In this document: positions 9,530 to 20,192 of the stretch, one piece after another
Layout of the letters: the number at the start of each line of letters is the position of its first letter
Numbering within the stretch: the first letter of the stretch is position 1
DNA from: an uncultured Gammaproteobacteria bacterium
GTDB taxonomy: Bacteria; Patescibacteriota; Microgenomatia; Levybacterales; UBA12049
NCBI GenBank assembly: GCA_964523705.1
Contig: CAZFYA010000002.1
Location: 47,114-111,113 of the forward strand
Length of the DNA stretch: 64,000 nucleotides
Direction: 5' to 3'
Notes under the pieces: generated by a model
The model's input: the letters and a program-made list of their open reading frames with translations, nothing else
What the model was told of the DNA's origin: nothing
Database searches by the model: none
Program-made: the position numbers and the translations under genes

Positions 9530-12424
9530 ATGGATAAAATTATTGTAAAAGGAGCAAGAGAACATAATTTAAAAAATATTGACGTTGAAATACCAAAGAA
9601 TAAGCTAGTGGTCTTCACAGGTCTTTCGGGAAGCGGAAAATCCTCACTTGCATTTGACACTATTTATGCTGAGGGTCAGCGAAGATACGTTGAAAGTTTA
9701 TCCTCATATGCAAGACAGTTTTTAGGCATAATGAAAAAACCTGATGTTGATTTTATTGAAGGATTATCTCCGGCTATTTCAATTGATCAAAAATCAGCCT
9801 CACATAATCCAAGAAGCACTGTTGGAACAGTAACTGAAATCTATGACTATTTAAGACTACTTTTTGCAAGAATCGGCCATCCGCATTGTCCAAAATGCGG
9901 CAGCGAGATATCCCATTTATCAAAAGAGCAGATTGTTAAGGCAATTTTTGAATTACTTGATAAAACGAATAGCCAAAAATTAAAACTTTTAATTTTAGCT
10001 CCAATTGTAAAGGACAGAAAAGGGGAGTACACTGAATTATTTTCAGACCTTAAAAAGCGGGGATATAAAAAGGCAAGAGTTGATAACCACATTTACGGAC
10101 TTGATGAAGATTTTATCTTAATTAAAACCAATAAGCATACAATAGAGGCTGTAATTGATGAAATAATCTTATCTAAAACAACTGATAAGCAAAGACTATC
10201 AACTGATGTTGAGCAGGGACTAAAACTTGGAAACGGTGAGATAATTATCTCAATTATTAAGGATAAAGGTTTTTCTCTTCCTGAAAGGGCTAAAAAAATG
10301 GAAGATGAGCTGTTCAGTGAAAAGTTTGCCTGTCCTAAATGTAATATTTCACTTCCTGATATTGAGCCGAGAATGTTTTCATTTAACACGCCTCATGGCG
10401 CATGCCCTAGATGTAATGGCTTAGGAACAATTTTAACAATTGACAAGGATTTAATTTTTAATGACAACTTAACCATTCAGGAAGGCGGAATAATGCCGTT
10501 CTCAAATCTTTTTGAACATGAAACCTGGTTTACAAGAACACTTAAGACATTTTGCAATGAAAATAATATCCCACTTAGCAAAAGACTAAATGAGTTTACC
10601 AATAAGCAAAAGGAGCTATTACTAAATGGCACAGGAGAACAAGTTTATGAAGTTGAGGGAGAGAACAGATGGGGCAAAAAAACTACAATTTATGAGGAGT
10701 TTAACGGAATTGTAGGAGAATTAATGCGAAGACACAGCGAAACTGAATCAAGTTATGCCCGCAATTTTTATGAGAAATATATGCGTTATGAAGTATGTCC
10801 CTTATGTCTTGGAGCAAGACTAAAAAAAGAAGCATTAGGAGTAACAATTAATAACAAATCTATTATTGATGTTTCAGACATGTCCATTGATAATACCTTT
10901 GAGTTTATAAATACACTACCAGCAAAAATTTCAAAAAGGGAAGAGGAAATAGGAAAATTAATTGTTAAGGAAGTAAAACAAAGACTAACCTTTCTTTTAG
11001 ATGTTGGGCTTGATTATTTAACCTTATCAAGAGGAGCACAAACATTAGCTGGAGGAGAAGCGCAAAGAATAAGACTTGCCTCACAAATCGGAAGCGGACT
11101 AACAGGCGTATTATATGTATTAGATGAACCCTCAATTGGTCTTCATCCAAAAGACAACAAAAAATTAATTGATACCTTAAAAAAACTAAGAGATTTGGGA
11201 AATACAGTTTTAGTTGTTGAGCATGATGAAGAGACAATGCTTGAATCAGATTATATTTTTGATTTCGGGCCAAAGGCCGGGGAAAAGGGCGGAGAAATTA
11301 TTGCTAAAGGAACAGTATCTGAAATAAAAAATAATAATAATTCATTAACCGGAAAATACTTAACCAGTAAGGCAAAAATTGATATTTATAAAGACAAAGA
11401 TAAAGAAATCTCATCGCTTGATGGCTTAAAAAAACTAACAATTTATAAAGCAAGTGAGCATAATTTAAAAAATATTGATGTGTCTTTTCCTTTAGGCAAG
11501 TTTACAGTTGTTACAGGCGTATCAGGCAGCGGTAAATCAACTCTTATAAATGACATTTTATACCACGCATTAATGCAGAAAAAAAATCCGTATCATAGGC
11601 AAAAACCGGGAAAGTTTTTAGATATTCAGGGACATGAACTGATAAAAAACGTCTATATGATTGATCAGTCTCCAATCGGAAGAACACCAAGAAGTAATCC
11701 CGCAACTTATACCGGAATTTTTACATATATCAGAGACTTATTTGCTCAAACTAAAGATGCAAAAATAAGAGGTTATGGACCTGGAAGGTTTTCTTTTAAT
11801 GTAAAGGGAGGAAGATGTGAAGCCTGTGAGGGCGAGGGAAGAATAAAAATTGAGATGCAGTTTCTACCGGATGTCTACATAACCTGCGAGGTCTGTAACG
11901 GCAAGATGTATAACGATGAGGTTTTACAAGTCACATTTAGTGGTAAGAATATTGCCGAGGTACTAAATATGAGTGTTTCTGAAGCGTTAAGCTTTTTTTC
12001 ATTTTCAGCGCCACTGTCACATAAGTTAAAAACCTTAAATGATGTAGGCTTATCATATATTAAACTTGGTCAGCCGGCTCCTACCTTATCAGGCGGGGAA
12101 GCACAAAGGGTAAAACTGGCAACAGAACTTTCCAAAAAAGGCCAAAATGCGCTTTACTTGCTGGATGAACCAACAACCGGCCTTCACTTTGCAGATTTGG
12201 AAAAATTACTTTTAGTCCTTAGAAGATTAACTGATCAGAATAATACTGTAATTGTAATTGAGCATAATTTAGATGTTATTAAAAATGCAGATTACATTAT
12301 TGATCTTGGACCAAATGGGGGAGAAAAAGGCGGAGAAATTACTGCCAAAGGAACTCCTTTAGAAATTGTTAAAAATCCAAAGTCTTATACAGGTAAGTTT
12401 TTAAAATCCCACTTAATTTTTTAA
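9530..12424 (+). CDS. uvrA: Excinuclease ABC subunit A
   Basis: [64 protein letters not shown] matches the canonical UvrA N-terminus. Two ABC ATPase modules ([18 protein letters not shown]) and zinc-finger Cys clusters. The track ORF start at 9416 is an upstream extension; the true start is probably 9530 (or 9521). Confidence 0.95.
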   Translation: MDKIIVKGAREHNLKNIDVEIPKNKLVVFTGLSGSGKSSLAFDTIYAEGQRRYVESLSSYARQFLGIMKKPDVDFIEGLSPAISIDQKSASHNPRSTVGTVTEIYDYLRLLFARIGHPHCPKCGSEISHLSKEQIVKAIFELLDKTNSQKLKLLILAPIVKDRKGEYTELFSDLKKRGYKKARVDNHIYGLDEDFILIKTNKHTIEAVIDEIILSKTTDKQRLSTDVEQGLKLGNGEIIISIIKDKGFSLPERAKKMEDELFSEKFACPKCNISLPDIEPRMFSFNTPHGACPRCNGLGTILTIDKDLIFNDNLTIQEGGIMPFSNLFEHETWFTRTLKTFCNENNIPLSKRLNEFTNKQKELLLNGTGEQVYEVEGENRWGKKTTIYEEFNGIVGELMRRHSETESSYARNFYEKYMRYEVCPLCLGARLKKEALGVTINNKSIIDVSDMSIDNTFEFINTLPAKISKREEEIGKLIVKEVKQRLTFLLDVGLDYLTLSRGAQTLAGGEAQRIRLASQIGSGLTGVLYVLDEPSIGLHPKDNKKLIDTLKKLRDLGNTVLVVEHDEETMLESDYIFDFGPKAGEKGGEIIAKGTVSEIKNNNNSLTGKYLTSKAKIDIYKDKDKEISSLDGLKKLTIYKASEHNLKNIDVSFPLGKFTVVTGVSGSGKSTLINDILYHALMQKKNPYHRQKPGKFLDIQGHELIKNVYMIDQSPIGRTPRSNPATYTGIFTYIRDLFAQTKDAKIRGYGPGRFSFNVKGGRCEACEGEGRIKIEMQFLPDVYITCEVCNGKMYNDEVLQVTFSGKNIAEVLNMSVSEALSFFSFSAPLSHKLKTLNDVGLSYIKLGQPAPTLSGGEAQRVKLATELSKKGQNALYLLDEPTTGLHFADLEKLLLVLRRLTDQNNTVIVIEHNLDVIKNADYIIDLGPNGGEKGGEITAKGTPLEIVKNPKSYTGKFLKSHLIF

Positions 12425-12447
12425 ATAAAACCTGTAATAATTAAAGA

Positions 12448-14277
12448 GTGAAAAGGTTTTTATTGTTTTTAACAATCACGCTTTTATTTTTACTCACTCC
12501 TTTTAAAGAAATATATGCCTCACAGGATTCTCCATCAGACTACAATGTCTCCTACACGGTTTATGAAAACGCAAATACCCACGTTAATATGCAGGTTAGT
12601 TTAACTAATCAGGAGGATAATTCTTTTTTCAGCTCATATAAGCTTCAGATCGGCTATACGGATATTAATAATTTAAAAGCGTCTGACAGTAAAGGTGAAA
12701 TTACCCCAAACGTTGAAAAAAACCAAAAAGGAAGCACAATTGAACTAAGCTTTAACGATAAAGTTGTTGGGGAAGGTGAAAAACTAACTTTTAATCTTTC
12801 ATTTGACACAAATGAAGTTGCAGAAAACAGAGGTAATGTATGGCAAATAAATATACCTGGGATTTCTTCAAAAAATGACTTTAATTCATTTAACGTTAAT
12901 GTCTATTACCCTAAAAGTTTTGGAAAAGCAGTATACATAAAACCAAATATCCCAGGAGCTTTATCTAAAAATGAATTATCATTTAATAAAGATGAACTTC
13001 AAACATCTGGTATTTCAATTGCTTTTGGACAATATCAAATTTATTCTTTTGATTTAACCTATAATCTTAAAAATTCAAACCTTTATCCTGTAAAAACCGA
13101 AATTGCAATTCCGCCTGAAACAAATTACCAGGAAATTATCTTAAATGACATGGTTCCAAAACCTAATAACATTAAAATTGATGAGGATGGGAACTGGCTT
13201 GCTGAATACTCACTAGCCCCTTCTGAAACAAAAAGAATTCGAGTGCTTGGAAAAGCAAAAGTAAACCTTAACCCAAAAGAGGAGAAAATAACAGATGATG
13301 AAAAGAAAGAGTATTTATCTTCTAAAAAATACTGGGAGGTTAATGATTCTAAAATAAATGAATTGGCCAATGAGCTAAAAAATCCATATGCAATTTATCA
13401 ATATACAGTAAAAAATTTAACTTATGATTTTTCAAGGGTCACATCAAAAAGTGATCGGATGGGAGCAAAACAGGTTTTGGATAATCCAAAGTCTGCAGTT
13501 TGTCTTGAATTTACAGACCTTTTTATTACACTTTCAAGAGCAGCAGGAATTCCGGCAAGAGAGATAAACGGCTTTGCATATACAAAAAACGCTGAAGAAA
13601 GACCATTATCACTGGTTAAAGACGTACTTCATGCATGGCCTGAATACTACGATGAAACACTAAATACCTGGATAATGGTCGATCCGACCTGGGGCAATAC
13701 TACTGGAGGAATAGATTACTTTTTTGTACTAGACACTGACCATTTCGCCTTTATTAGAAAAGGCATGGACAGCAGTTATCCTGTTCCGCCCGGAGGATAT
13801 AAATTATCAAAGGACGATAAACAAAAAGACGTTTTAGTTGAGCTTGACTCAACTTTTGAAAAAATTGAAGACTTTGATATAAAAGCAAATTTTCCAAACC
13901 CTTCATTTTCAGCCGTTCCAATTAGTGGAAACGTAAAAGTTATAAACACAGGAAACTCTATGATTGAAAATAAGGAAATGAATGTTTTGACAAAAAACAT
14001 ATTACCTAATGAACAAACGTTTTCTATTGATAAAATTTTACCTTTTTCCTATCAGCAAGTAGATGTCTCATTTGAAAAAACTCCATTTTTGACAAAAACA
14101 AAAGATATAATTACAATACGAGTCGATAAAAAGGAGGTTTTATCAAATATTGAAATTGCTCCTTTTTACTTAAATAAAAAGGTTATTTTAGGAGGAATTA
14201 TTTGTGTTATATTCATCTTCATCATATCGCTTGTTATCTACTTTTCCAGGCGTATATTTATTCCTAGACAAAAATAA
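12448..14277 (+). CDS. Secreted/membrane-anchored transglutaminase-like cysteine protease domain protein
   Basis: 609 aa. N-terminal signal peptide and C-terminal TM helix. Transglutaminase-like Cys-His-Asp core: AVCLEFTDLF ... HAWPEYYD ... WIMVDPTW. Confidence 0.65.
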   Translation: MKRFLLFLTITLLFLLTPFKEIYASQDSPSDYNVSYTVYENANTHVNMQVSLTNQEDNSFFSSYKLQIGYTDINNLKASDSKGEITPNVEKNQKGSTIELSFNDKVVGEGEKLTFNLSFDTNEVAENRGNVWQINIPGISSKNDFNSFNVNVYYPKSFGKAVYIKPNIPGALSKNELSFNKDELQTSGISIAFGQYQIYSFDLTYNLKNSNLYPVKTEIAIPPETNYQEIILNDMVPKPNNIKIDEDGNWLAEYSLAPSETKRIRVLGKAKVNLNPKEEKITDDEKKEYLSSKKYWEVNDSKINELANELKNPYAIYQYTVKNLTYDFSRVTSKSDRMGAKQVLDNPKSAVCLEFTDLFITLSRAAGIPAREINGFAYTKNAEERPLSLVKDVLHAWPEYYDETLNTWIMVDPTWGNTTGGIDYFFVLDTDHFAFIRKGMDSSYPVPPGGYKLSKDDKQKDVLVELDSTFEKIEDFDIKANFPNPSFSAVPISGNVKVINTGNSMIENKEMNVLTKNILPNEQTFSIDKILPFSYQQVDVSFEKTPFLTKTKDIITIRVDKKEVLSNIEIAPFYLNKKVILGGIICVIFIFIISLVIYFSRRIFIPRQK

Positions 14278-15478
14278 TAAAATACTATACGTTGGCAAAG
14301 CCAAAAACCTTAAGGAAAGGGTCTCAAATTATTTTTCCTCCAAAAAAAACTTAGGTGAGAAAACACTGCTTTTAGTATCAAAAACTAAAAAAATAAAGAC
14401 AATTGAAACTTATTCTGAGGTAAATTCACTGGTTTTAGAGGCAAACTTAATTCGAAAATACAAACCGGAGTTTAATATTCGCTTTACAGATGACAAGGCA
14501 TATTTATATATAAAAATAACCATAAAAGATACGTATCCAAAAGTTTTAGTTTCAAGAAGAATTGATGATAATAAATCACTTTTTTTTGGTCCATATCCAA
14601 ACGCAAAAGAGCTACGACTGGTTTTAAAAACAATCAGAAAAGTATTTCCTTACCAATCAGTTAAAAATCATCCAAAAAAAATCTGTTTATATAATCATCT
14701 GGGGCTTTGTCCCTGTCCTGAAGTATTTAAGCTAAAAGACTATAAAAAAAGAAATATTAAATATATTATAAATTTTTTAAAAGGTGAAAATAAAAAAATA
14801 CTAAAGGAATTAACAAAAGAAAGAAATACTTTTTCAAAAAATGAAGATTTTGAAAAAGCTGCCCTTATTCAAGAAAAAATTAAGGCAATTAATTTAATTA
14901 CAAATCCAGATAATAAGATTTTTGATTTTGAATCAAATCCTAATTTAGCAATTGATATTAAACTAAATCAATTAGAAGAACTTACTAAGGTTCTTAATAA
15001 AAACGGTTATAAAATAAAAAAATTAGAAAGGATTGAATGCTTTGATGTTTCTAATTTATCCGGAACAAAAATAGCTGGTTCAATGGTAGTTTTTAAAAAC
15101 GGGGGAGAAGAAAAAAGTGAATACAGAAAATTTAAGTTAAAAAGTATTAAAAAGCAAAATGATTTTTTGGCAATGGATGAAATAATAAAAAGAAGATTAA
15201 ACCATAACGAATGGAAAAAACCAGACTTAATTGTAGTTGATGGAGGAAAACCGCAAATTAGAGCAGCGCTTAATGCAATAAAGGAAAAAAATAAAAAAAT
15301 ACCAGTAATTGGACTTGCAAAAAAAGAAGAAATAATTATTACATCCGATTTTAAACAAATAAGATTAAAATATGATTCAAAAGCCTTATTAATCTTAAGA
15401 AGACTTCGTGATGAAGCACATCGCTTTGCTATTTTATATCATAAAAAGCTTCGCTCAAAATATTTTTTAAGTTCCTAA
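14204..15478 (+). CDS. uvrC: Excinuclease ABC subunit C, short form lacking the C-terminal (HhH)2 domain
   Basis: GIY-YIG domain PGVYLFLDKNNKILYVGKAKNLKERVSNYF. RNase-H-like endonuclease domain AGSMVVFKNGG...PDLIVVDGGKPQ...VIGLAKKEE. C-terminal LRRLRDEAHRFAI. Start uncertain (ORF overlaps the upstream gene by 74 nt; an internal TTG start is possible). Confidence 0.8.
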   Translation: MLYSSSSYRLLSTFPGVYLFLDKNNKILYVGKAKNLKERVSNYFSSKKNLGEKTLLLVSKTKKIKTIETYSEVNSLVLEANLIRKYKPEFNIRFTDDKAYLYIKITIKDTYPKVLVSRRIDDNKSLFFGPYPNAKELRLVLKTIRKVFPYQSVKNHPKKICLYNHLGLCPCPEVFKLKDYKKRNIKYIINFLKGENKKILKELTKERNTFSKNEDFEKAALIQEKIKAINLITNPDNKIFDFESNPNLAIDIKLNQLEELTKVLNKNGYKIKKLERIECFDVSNLSGTKIAGSMVVFKNGGEEKSEYRKFKLKSIKKQNDFLAMDEIIKRRLNHNEWKKPDLIVVDGGKPQIRAALNAIKEKNKKIPVIGLAKKEEIIITSDFKQIRLKYDSKALLILRRLRDEAHRFAILYHKKLRSKYFLSS

Positions 15479-16843
15479 TTATTTTCTTATAACCTCAAAT
15501 ACATAGGGGTTTATTAAAAAGGAAGCTGGAACATCATCAAGTAGATACTTTTGAAAATCAAGATAAATTGATCTTCTTTTTTCATTCTCAAGCGTTTTTC
15601 TTCCGTCTTCTAATAACTTATCTATTCTTAGATTTTTATACCTCGTAATATTATTTTGCTGTTCTGAATGCCAAAGTGAATACTGGTCAGGATCTTTTGG
15701 AATGCTGTATTCTCCTAAAAATATTTGAAAATTATCCGGTCTTTGATCAACAATTTCAATTGCTATTTCAACACCAAGAAGTTCATGCCAGGTTTTTTTA
15801 ATCTCTTTGGCAATTTCCTCATGCTTTCTAAGAGCCTTAAGCTCAAGCTTAATCACAGCGCTCTCGCTGGCAACTTTTTTTGCCTCCTCAAAAAGCTCTT
15901 TAGCTGTTTTTATATCCTGAAACCGATCATCAATCTCTCCTTTGTTTACCCAGATATTTAAATTATATGGAGTATGGTTTCGCTCTCCCTGTTTAAAATT
16001 ATCAGGCAGTGAATAATCAAGTGCTTTTCTTAAATTCTTATCAGACAAAAGACTATCCTGTGTGTTATAGAAAACAGACACTAATGTCTGATAATCAGTT
16101 TCCTTAGAAACAGTAGCGTTTTTAAATTTGGATAAATCAGTATCCTTAAAACTGGTATTTTGAATTCCTGTGATTTTTGAAACCTCTCCTAAAACAAAAG
16201 CCATTTTTAATGCCTCTTCTGTTGGGTAAAACTGATAATTAATTGTACTTTTATCCTGAATATTTTGAAGTTCAATACTTTGAACAAAACTCCCGTTTAA
16301 GTTCATCTTTCTTATCTTATATTCTCCAACACCAATCAGGTTTTCCTTGTAAATTGGTTGGGAAACAGTAACTAAAAAAGGAGAATATGGTTCTTTAAGT
16401 TTAAAAATTAATGTATACTTATCAGGTTTTTCCAAAACTACATCTTTAAAGTTATAACTTATCTCATCAGCAGTTAATAAAGTGTTATCGGAGAAGAATA
16501 AATCCTTTTTTAGTTTAAAAATATATGTTTTTCCGCTGTCTTTAATCTCCCAGGAAGATGAAATAGCAGGACTGACTGTTCCATCATCCTCAACCTTTGT
16601 TAAACCCATTGATACATTTTCCAGAACAGAAAAGGGAAGAGAATCCGTAGTATATGTTCCAATCATTCCAATTTCCTCGTGTTGAATAAAAGGAATCGCA
16701 TTAACTATATATGAAAAGCTTGAACGGACAATAAAAAAAGCAATTAATCCAAGTGCAAAAGAAAAAAGAATGGTTTTTCCCCATTTTTTAAGATACGCTT
16801 TAATTAACCAAATATATAAACGTCTTCTTTTAAAAATAACCAT
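15479..16843 (-). CDS. ABC-transporter family-5 solute-binding protein (Opp/Dpp-like), membrane-anchored, orphan (no permease genes adjacent)
   Basis: N-terminal TM anchor. LTKVEDDGTVSPAISSSWEI..DSGKTYIFKLKKDLFFSDNTLLTADEI matches the SBP_bac_5 N-lobe pattern. Start taken at M18 of the track ORF (16843). Confidence 0.55.
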   Translation of the reverse strand: MVIFKRRRLYIWLIKAYLKKWGKTILFSFALGLIAFFIVRSSFSYIVNAIPFIQHEEIGMIGTYTTDSLPFSVLENVSMGLTKVEDDGTVSPAISSSWEIKDSGKTYIFKLKKDLFFSDNTLLTADEISYNFKDVVLEKPDKYTLIFKLKEPYSPFLVTVSQPIYKENLIGVGEYKIRKMNLNGSFVQSIELQNIQDKSTINYQFYPTEEALKMAFVLGEVSKITGIQNTSFKDTDLSKFKNATVSKETDYQTLVSVFYNTQDSLLSDKNLRKALDYSLPDNFKQGERNHTPYNLNIWVNKGEIDDRFQDIKTAKELFEEAKKVASESAVIKLELKALRKHEEIAKEIKKTWHELLGVEIAIEIVDQRPDNFQIFLGEYSIPKDPDQYSLWHSEQQNNITRYKNLRIDKLLEDGRKTLENEKRRSIYLDFQKYLLDDVPASFLINPYVFEVIRK

Positions 16844-16847
16844 ATTT

Positions 16848-17066
16848 TTACCTTTGAGGAATAAGTAAGACAATGGACAAAAGTGCAAAAACAACTGCTA
16901 AGGCAATAGTAATCCAGTATAAAAGTTTTTCAACACTTCTTTTACTTCTGTAAAATTCTCCACCTCCGCCACCAAATGCGCCTGATAAACCGCTTCCTTG
17001 AGACTGAAGTAATATTACAGCTATTAGTGCAATTGCAATTACGATTATAATAATGTTTAGAATCAC
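16848..17066 (-). CDS. secG: Preprotein translocase subunit SecG
   Basis: 72 aa. ILLQSQGSGLSGAFGGGGGEFYRSKRSVEKLL with two TM helices: classic SecG. Confidence 0.8.
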   Translation of the reverse strand: MILNIIIIVIAIALIAVILLQSQGSGLSGAFGGGGGEFYRSKRSVEKLLYWITIALAVVFALLSIVLLIPQR

Positions 17067-17105
17067 AAGTTAGATTATATCTTTTTTAAATTTTTAATTC
17101 AAACG

Positions 17106-17516
17106 TTATTTCCTATGTCTAAAAAGCCAGGTGACAAATGAAACAAAAAAGGATTGAAAAAATGAAACAATTAGAAAGGCAAAAAACGTGCTGAAGTAAA
17201 TCTCAGGAACTACAAAACCGGCAAACTTTACTCCACTAAAAGTAAATGCTTCAATTGTAACCTCCCCAACAAATACAGTTAAAAGATAAAAAATAATTAT
17301 ATTTGTAAAAATAGAGAAAAAGCCAAGAGTTAAAAAATTAAGCGGAGCAGAGAAAAAATTCAGAATCGGCTTAACAAGCAAAAACAATAAAGATAAAGCA
17401 AAACCACCAATTAAAAAAGACCATAAGCCCCCTGAAACCTTAACACCTTCAAAAATAAGGGAAATAAAATAAAGTGAAGTAGCGTTTAAAATGGTATTTC
17501 TAAGTAAGCTTTTCAT
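17106..17516 (-). CDS. Small 4-TM membrane protein, phage-holin-4/YvlD-like superfamily
   Basis: 136 aa. Four predicted TM helices. Pattern resembles PF04020-type membrane proteins. By recollection only. Confidence 0.4.
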   Translation of the reverse strand: MKSLLRNTILNATSLYFISLIFEGVKVSGGLWSFLIGGFALSLLFLLVKPILNFFSAPLNFLTLGFFSIFTNIIIFYLLTVFVGEVTIEAFTFSGVKFAGFVVPEIYFSTFFAFLIVSFFQSFFVSFVTWLFRHRK

Positions 17517-17600
17517 AGTTAATTTTTATGCTAGCAAATATTTAAAAAACTTTCAATTTATCTTGCTTAATTTTAGCTATTAGAGTATTATTTTAAACAC

Positions 17601-18671
17601 ATGAATAAAATAAGATGTCCACATTGTAAGAAATTAGTAAGCATTGACGAGGCGGTAAAACATGAACTTGAGGAAACGATTCTAAAACAAGAAAGAGAAA
17701 AACAAAAAATTGCATTAGAAAAAGAAAAGATGGCTGCAAAAGAAAAAGCAGAAAAAAAACTAAATGCTGAAATTAATAAAAAACTTGAATCGGCTGATAA
17801 AGAAAAAAAAGCTTTAGAGGAAAAATTAAGAAAACAGGAAGAAGAAAAAGAAAAAATAGAGGAGAAGATAAAACTTGAGGCAAGAAAAAAAGCAGAAGAA
17901 GAAATTGAGTTAAAACTTAAACAAAAAGATATTCAGCTAGAACAGGCAAGAAAAGCAAACCTTGAGTTAAATAGAAAGCTTGAACAGGGCTCACAGCAGC
18001 TTCAAGGAGAAGCATTAGAAATAAATTTTGAGGAAAAATTAAAAAGCGCTTTTCCAAATGATGAGTTCCTACCGGTTCCAAAAGGAATTGAAGGAGGGGA
18101 TATCTGGCAAAAAATATATTTTAAAGGAAAATTAATCGGTTCAATCCTTTGGGAGCTTAAAAGAACTAAGGCATGGAGTAATCAATGGATTACAAAACTT
18201 AAAGACGACGCAGCAAAAATCAGTGCTAGTGAATCAATAATAGTCTCACAAGTTTTACCAGATAAAATAACAAGCTTTGATAGGAAAAGTGGGATATGGA
18301 TTACCGGCTTTGAGCATGCAATAAATACTTGTCGATTTATAAGATTTTTAATCACATCTATTGCATCTATTAAATCATCAACCAACCAAACAGATGAGGA
18401 ATGGGGAAAAATACGAGATTATATGCTTTCAGACTCATTTAAGCATAGGATGCAGGCTCATTTTGATTCGGTTAAGGCCTTAAGAGAAAATTTAGATGCA
18501 GAAAGGCGAAGTGCTATTTTAAGGTGGAAAAAACAGGAAGTGCAAATTGAAAAACTAGACACTAATACAATAAACTTCTATGGAGAGCTAAAAGCAATTG
18601 CTTCAGATTTACCGGAAATTGAAGGACTCTCTCAACTTGAAGCAGGAAATGAAAGCGAAGAAGAAATATAA
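17601..18671 (+). CDS. DUF2130-family protein (N-terminal Cys zinc-ribbon, long coiled coil, conserved C-terminal domain)
   Basis: CPHCKK zinc ribbon. About 120 aa of Lys/Glu-rich coiled coil. C-terminal GGDIWQKIYFKGKLIGSILWELKRTKAWSNQWITKL resembles DUF2130. Confidence 0.5.
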   Translation: MNKIRCPHCKKLVSIDEAVKHELEETILKQEREKQKIALEKEKMAAKEKAEKKLNAEINKKLESADKEKKALEEKLRKQEEEKEKIEEKIKLEARKKAEEEIELKLKQKDIQLEQARKANLELNRKLEQGSQQLQGEALEINFEEKLKSAFPNDEFLPVPKGIEGGDIWQKIYFKGKLIGSILWELKRTKAWSNQWITKLKDDAAKISASESIIVSQVLPDKITSFDRKSGIWITGFEHAINTCRFIRFLITSIASIKSSTNQTDEEWGKIRDYMLSDSFKHRMQAHFDSVKALRENLDAERRSAILRWKKQEVQIEKLDTNTINFYGELKAIASDLPEIEGLSQLEAGNESEEEI

Positions 18672-19296
18672 AAAAAATATTCTCCCCACATTTAAGGAAG
18701 AAAAACTTTTATGGAGAGAAGGAGTAAGATATGTTGCAGGTGTTGATGAAGTAGGAAGAGGAGCATTAGCCGGACCTTTAATTGCAGCTGCTGTTATTTT
18801 CCCGGCTGATTTTGTACTTAAATACGTAATAAATGACTCCAAAAAGCTATCCATTAAAAAACGATTAGAAATAGAACCTATGATTAAAAAAAGTGCGTTA
18901 TCTATTGGAATAGGCAGTGCAAGTGTTTCATACATAAACAGATACGGAATTGTTAAAGCAACCCAAAAAGCTTTTATAGATGCAATTAATAAATTATCAA
19001 TAAAACCAGAATATGTATTAATTGATGCTTTTTATATAGAAAATTTAGATAAGCTAATTCAAAAACCAATAATTCATGGAGATTCAATATCTACAACTAT
19101 TGCCGCAGCATCAATTATTGCAAAAGTTAAAAGAGACAACTTGATGATTAAACTACATAAAAAACACAATCAATTTGGATTTTTAACAAACAAAGGATAC
19201 GGAACAAAACACCACCAAGAAGAAATAAGAAAACATGGAATTTGCAAACACCACCGAACAATATTTAAATTACTTAAGCAAACATATAATCGCTAG
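18649..19296 (+). CDS. rnhB: Ribonuclease HII
   Basis: VAGVDEVGRGALAGPL (catalytic DE motif). DSKKLS. HGDSISTTIAAASIIAKV. The probable start MKAKKK at 18649 overlaps the upstream gene by 23 nt. Confidence 0.85.
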   Translation: MKAKKKYKKNILPTFKEEKLLWREGVRYVAGVDEVGRGALAGPLIAAAVIFPADFVLKYVINDSKKLSIKKRLEIEPMIKKSALSIGIGSASVSYINRYGIVKATQKAFIDAINKLSIKPEYVLIDAFYIENLDKLIQKPIIHGDSISTTIAAASIIAKVKRDNLMIKLHKKHNQFGFLTNKGYGTKHHQEEIRKHGICKHHRTIFKLLKQTYNR

Positions 19297-19335
19297 CTAA
19301 CTATGTAGGAGCTTTTTGTAAGGAGAATAGAGAAT

Positions 19336-19674
19336 TTATTGCTTAAAAGCATCAACTATCTCATCGTTATACCAACCGTGATAATCAACGGTAAGTTCTT
19401 CGCCTTTTTTAATTTTTCGTAAAGTTATTAATCTTACGTTATCATCATTTTCTATAAGGTCAGAGTTTGGATTACTAGAATGATTTATAAAAGCTCCAAG
19501 TGGTGTTCTTATTAAACCGTCTTTATACTTATCGTTTAATACGTGTGAAAGCCCTAAATCTAACCCTTCTTTAATATCACTTGTTGCAAAAAGACCTAGT
19601 CCGTGGATTTTTGATTTTTCTATCGTTATATAACTTGGTAATGCTTTATAATGAGAAATATTTCTCTTCTGCAT
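19336..19674 (-). CDS. SET-domain protein (putative protein-lysine methyltransferase)
   Basis: 112 aa. GLFATSDIKEG, FINHSSNPN (NHS.xPN motif) and EELTVDY (ELxxDY). Leaderless-type start 6 nt after TATAAT. Preceded by the conserved upstream element. Confidence 0.65.
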   Translation of the reverse strand: MQKRNISHYKALPSYITIEKSKIHGLGLFATSDIKEGLDLGLSHVLNDKYKDGLIRTPLGAFINHSSNPNSDLIENDDNVRLITLRKIKKGEELTVDYHGWYNDEIVDAFKQ

Positions 19675-19696
19675 TTCAACATTATATCACATACTG

Positions 19697-19738
19697 TTTT
19701 GAGGCTAATCCGAAGCTGGGACTAGTTGACTATGTGGG
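19697..19738 (-). promoter_or_regulatory. Conserved upstream element copy (22-nt core ttttgaggctaatccgaagctg, plus second box ctagttgactatgtggg) in front of the SET-domain gene
   Basis: Identical or near-identical copies at 20193-20214, 41059-41100, 41684-41705 and 7267-7284. On the minus strand it is followed by an extended -10 (TGATATAAT) and the start codon. Confidence 0.5.
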
Positions 19739-19748
19739 AACTTTTTAT

Positions 19749-20177
19749 TTAAAGTATTCTTTTAACAATCACGAAATCTTTTCTGCATAAAACATCTTTT
19801 ACATCTTCTTCTATTACTGACCCAATTTCTTTTTCGTCTACTTCTTTTGACTTTGCATTAATGACTTTACCACTCCCTACATATATTACAACATGTCCTA
19901 TTCCTGTTGAAAACTGTGGATTGTAGTGCCCCCAACCACCCTTAAAGAAAAGCAAATCGCCGATCTTAAGTAACTCTTTTTTAGGCTTTATTGTTTTACC
20001 AATTGATGCTTGGTCTAAAGCAGTTCTTGGAAGTTTTACACCAATTCTTCTATATAAATACTGAACAAAGCTTGAGCAATCAAAATTTTTTGGAGCTTCT
20101 GAAGGATTTGATCCAAACTTATAGGGCTTACCTAAGTGTTTTTTGGCAAAATATATTAATTTATTCTTTTTGTTCAC
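19749..20177 (-). CDS. NlpC/P60 (C40) family cell-wall peptidase
   Basis: GKPYKFGSNPSEAPKNFDCSSFVQYLYRRIG (catalytic Cys) and GHVVIYVGSGK (catalytic His). Probable leaderless GTG start at 20177. The longer ORF to 20228 would read through the conserved non-coding upstream element. Confidence 0.65.
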   Translation of the reverse strand: MNKKNKLIYFAKKHLGKPYKFGSNPSEAPKNFDCSSFVQYLYRRIGVKLPRTALDQASIGKTIKPKKELLKIGDLLFFKGGWGHYNPQFSTGIGHVVIYVGSGKVINAKSKEVDEKEIGSVIEEDVKDVLCRKDFVIVKRIL

Positions 20178-20192
20178 GAAACGATTATACCA

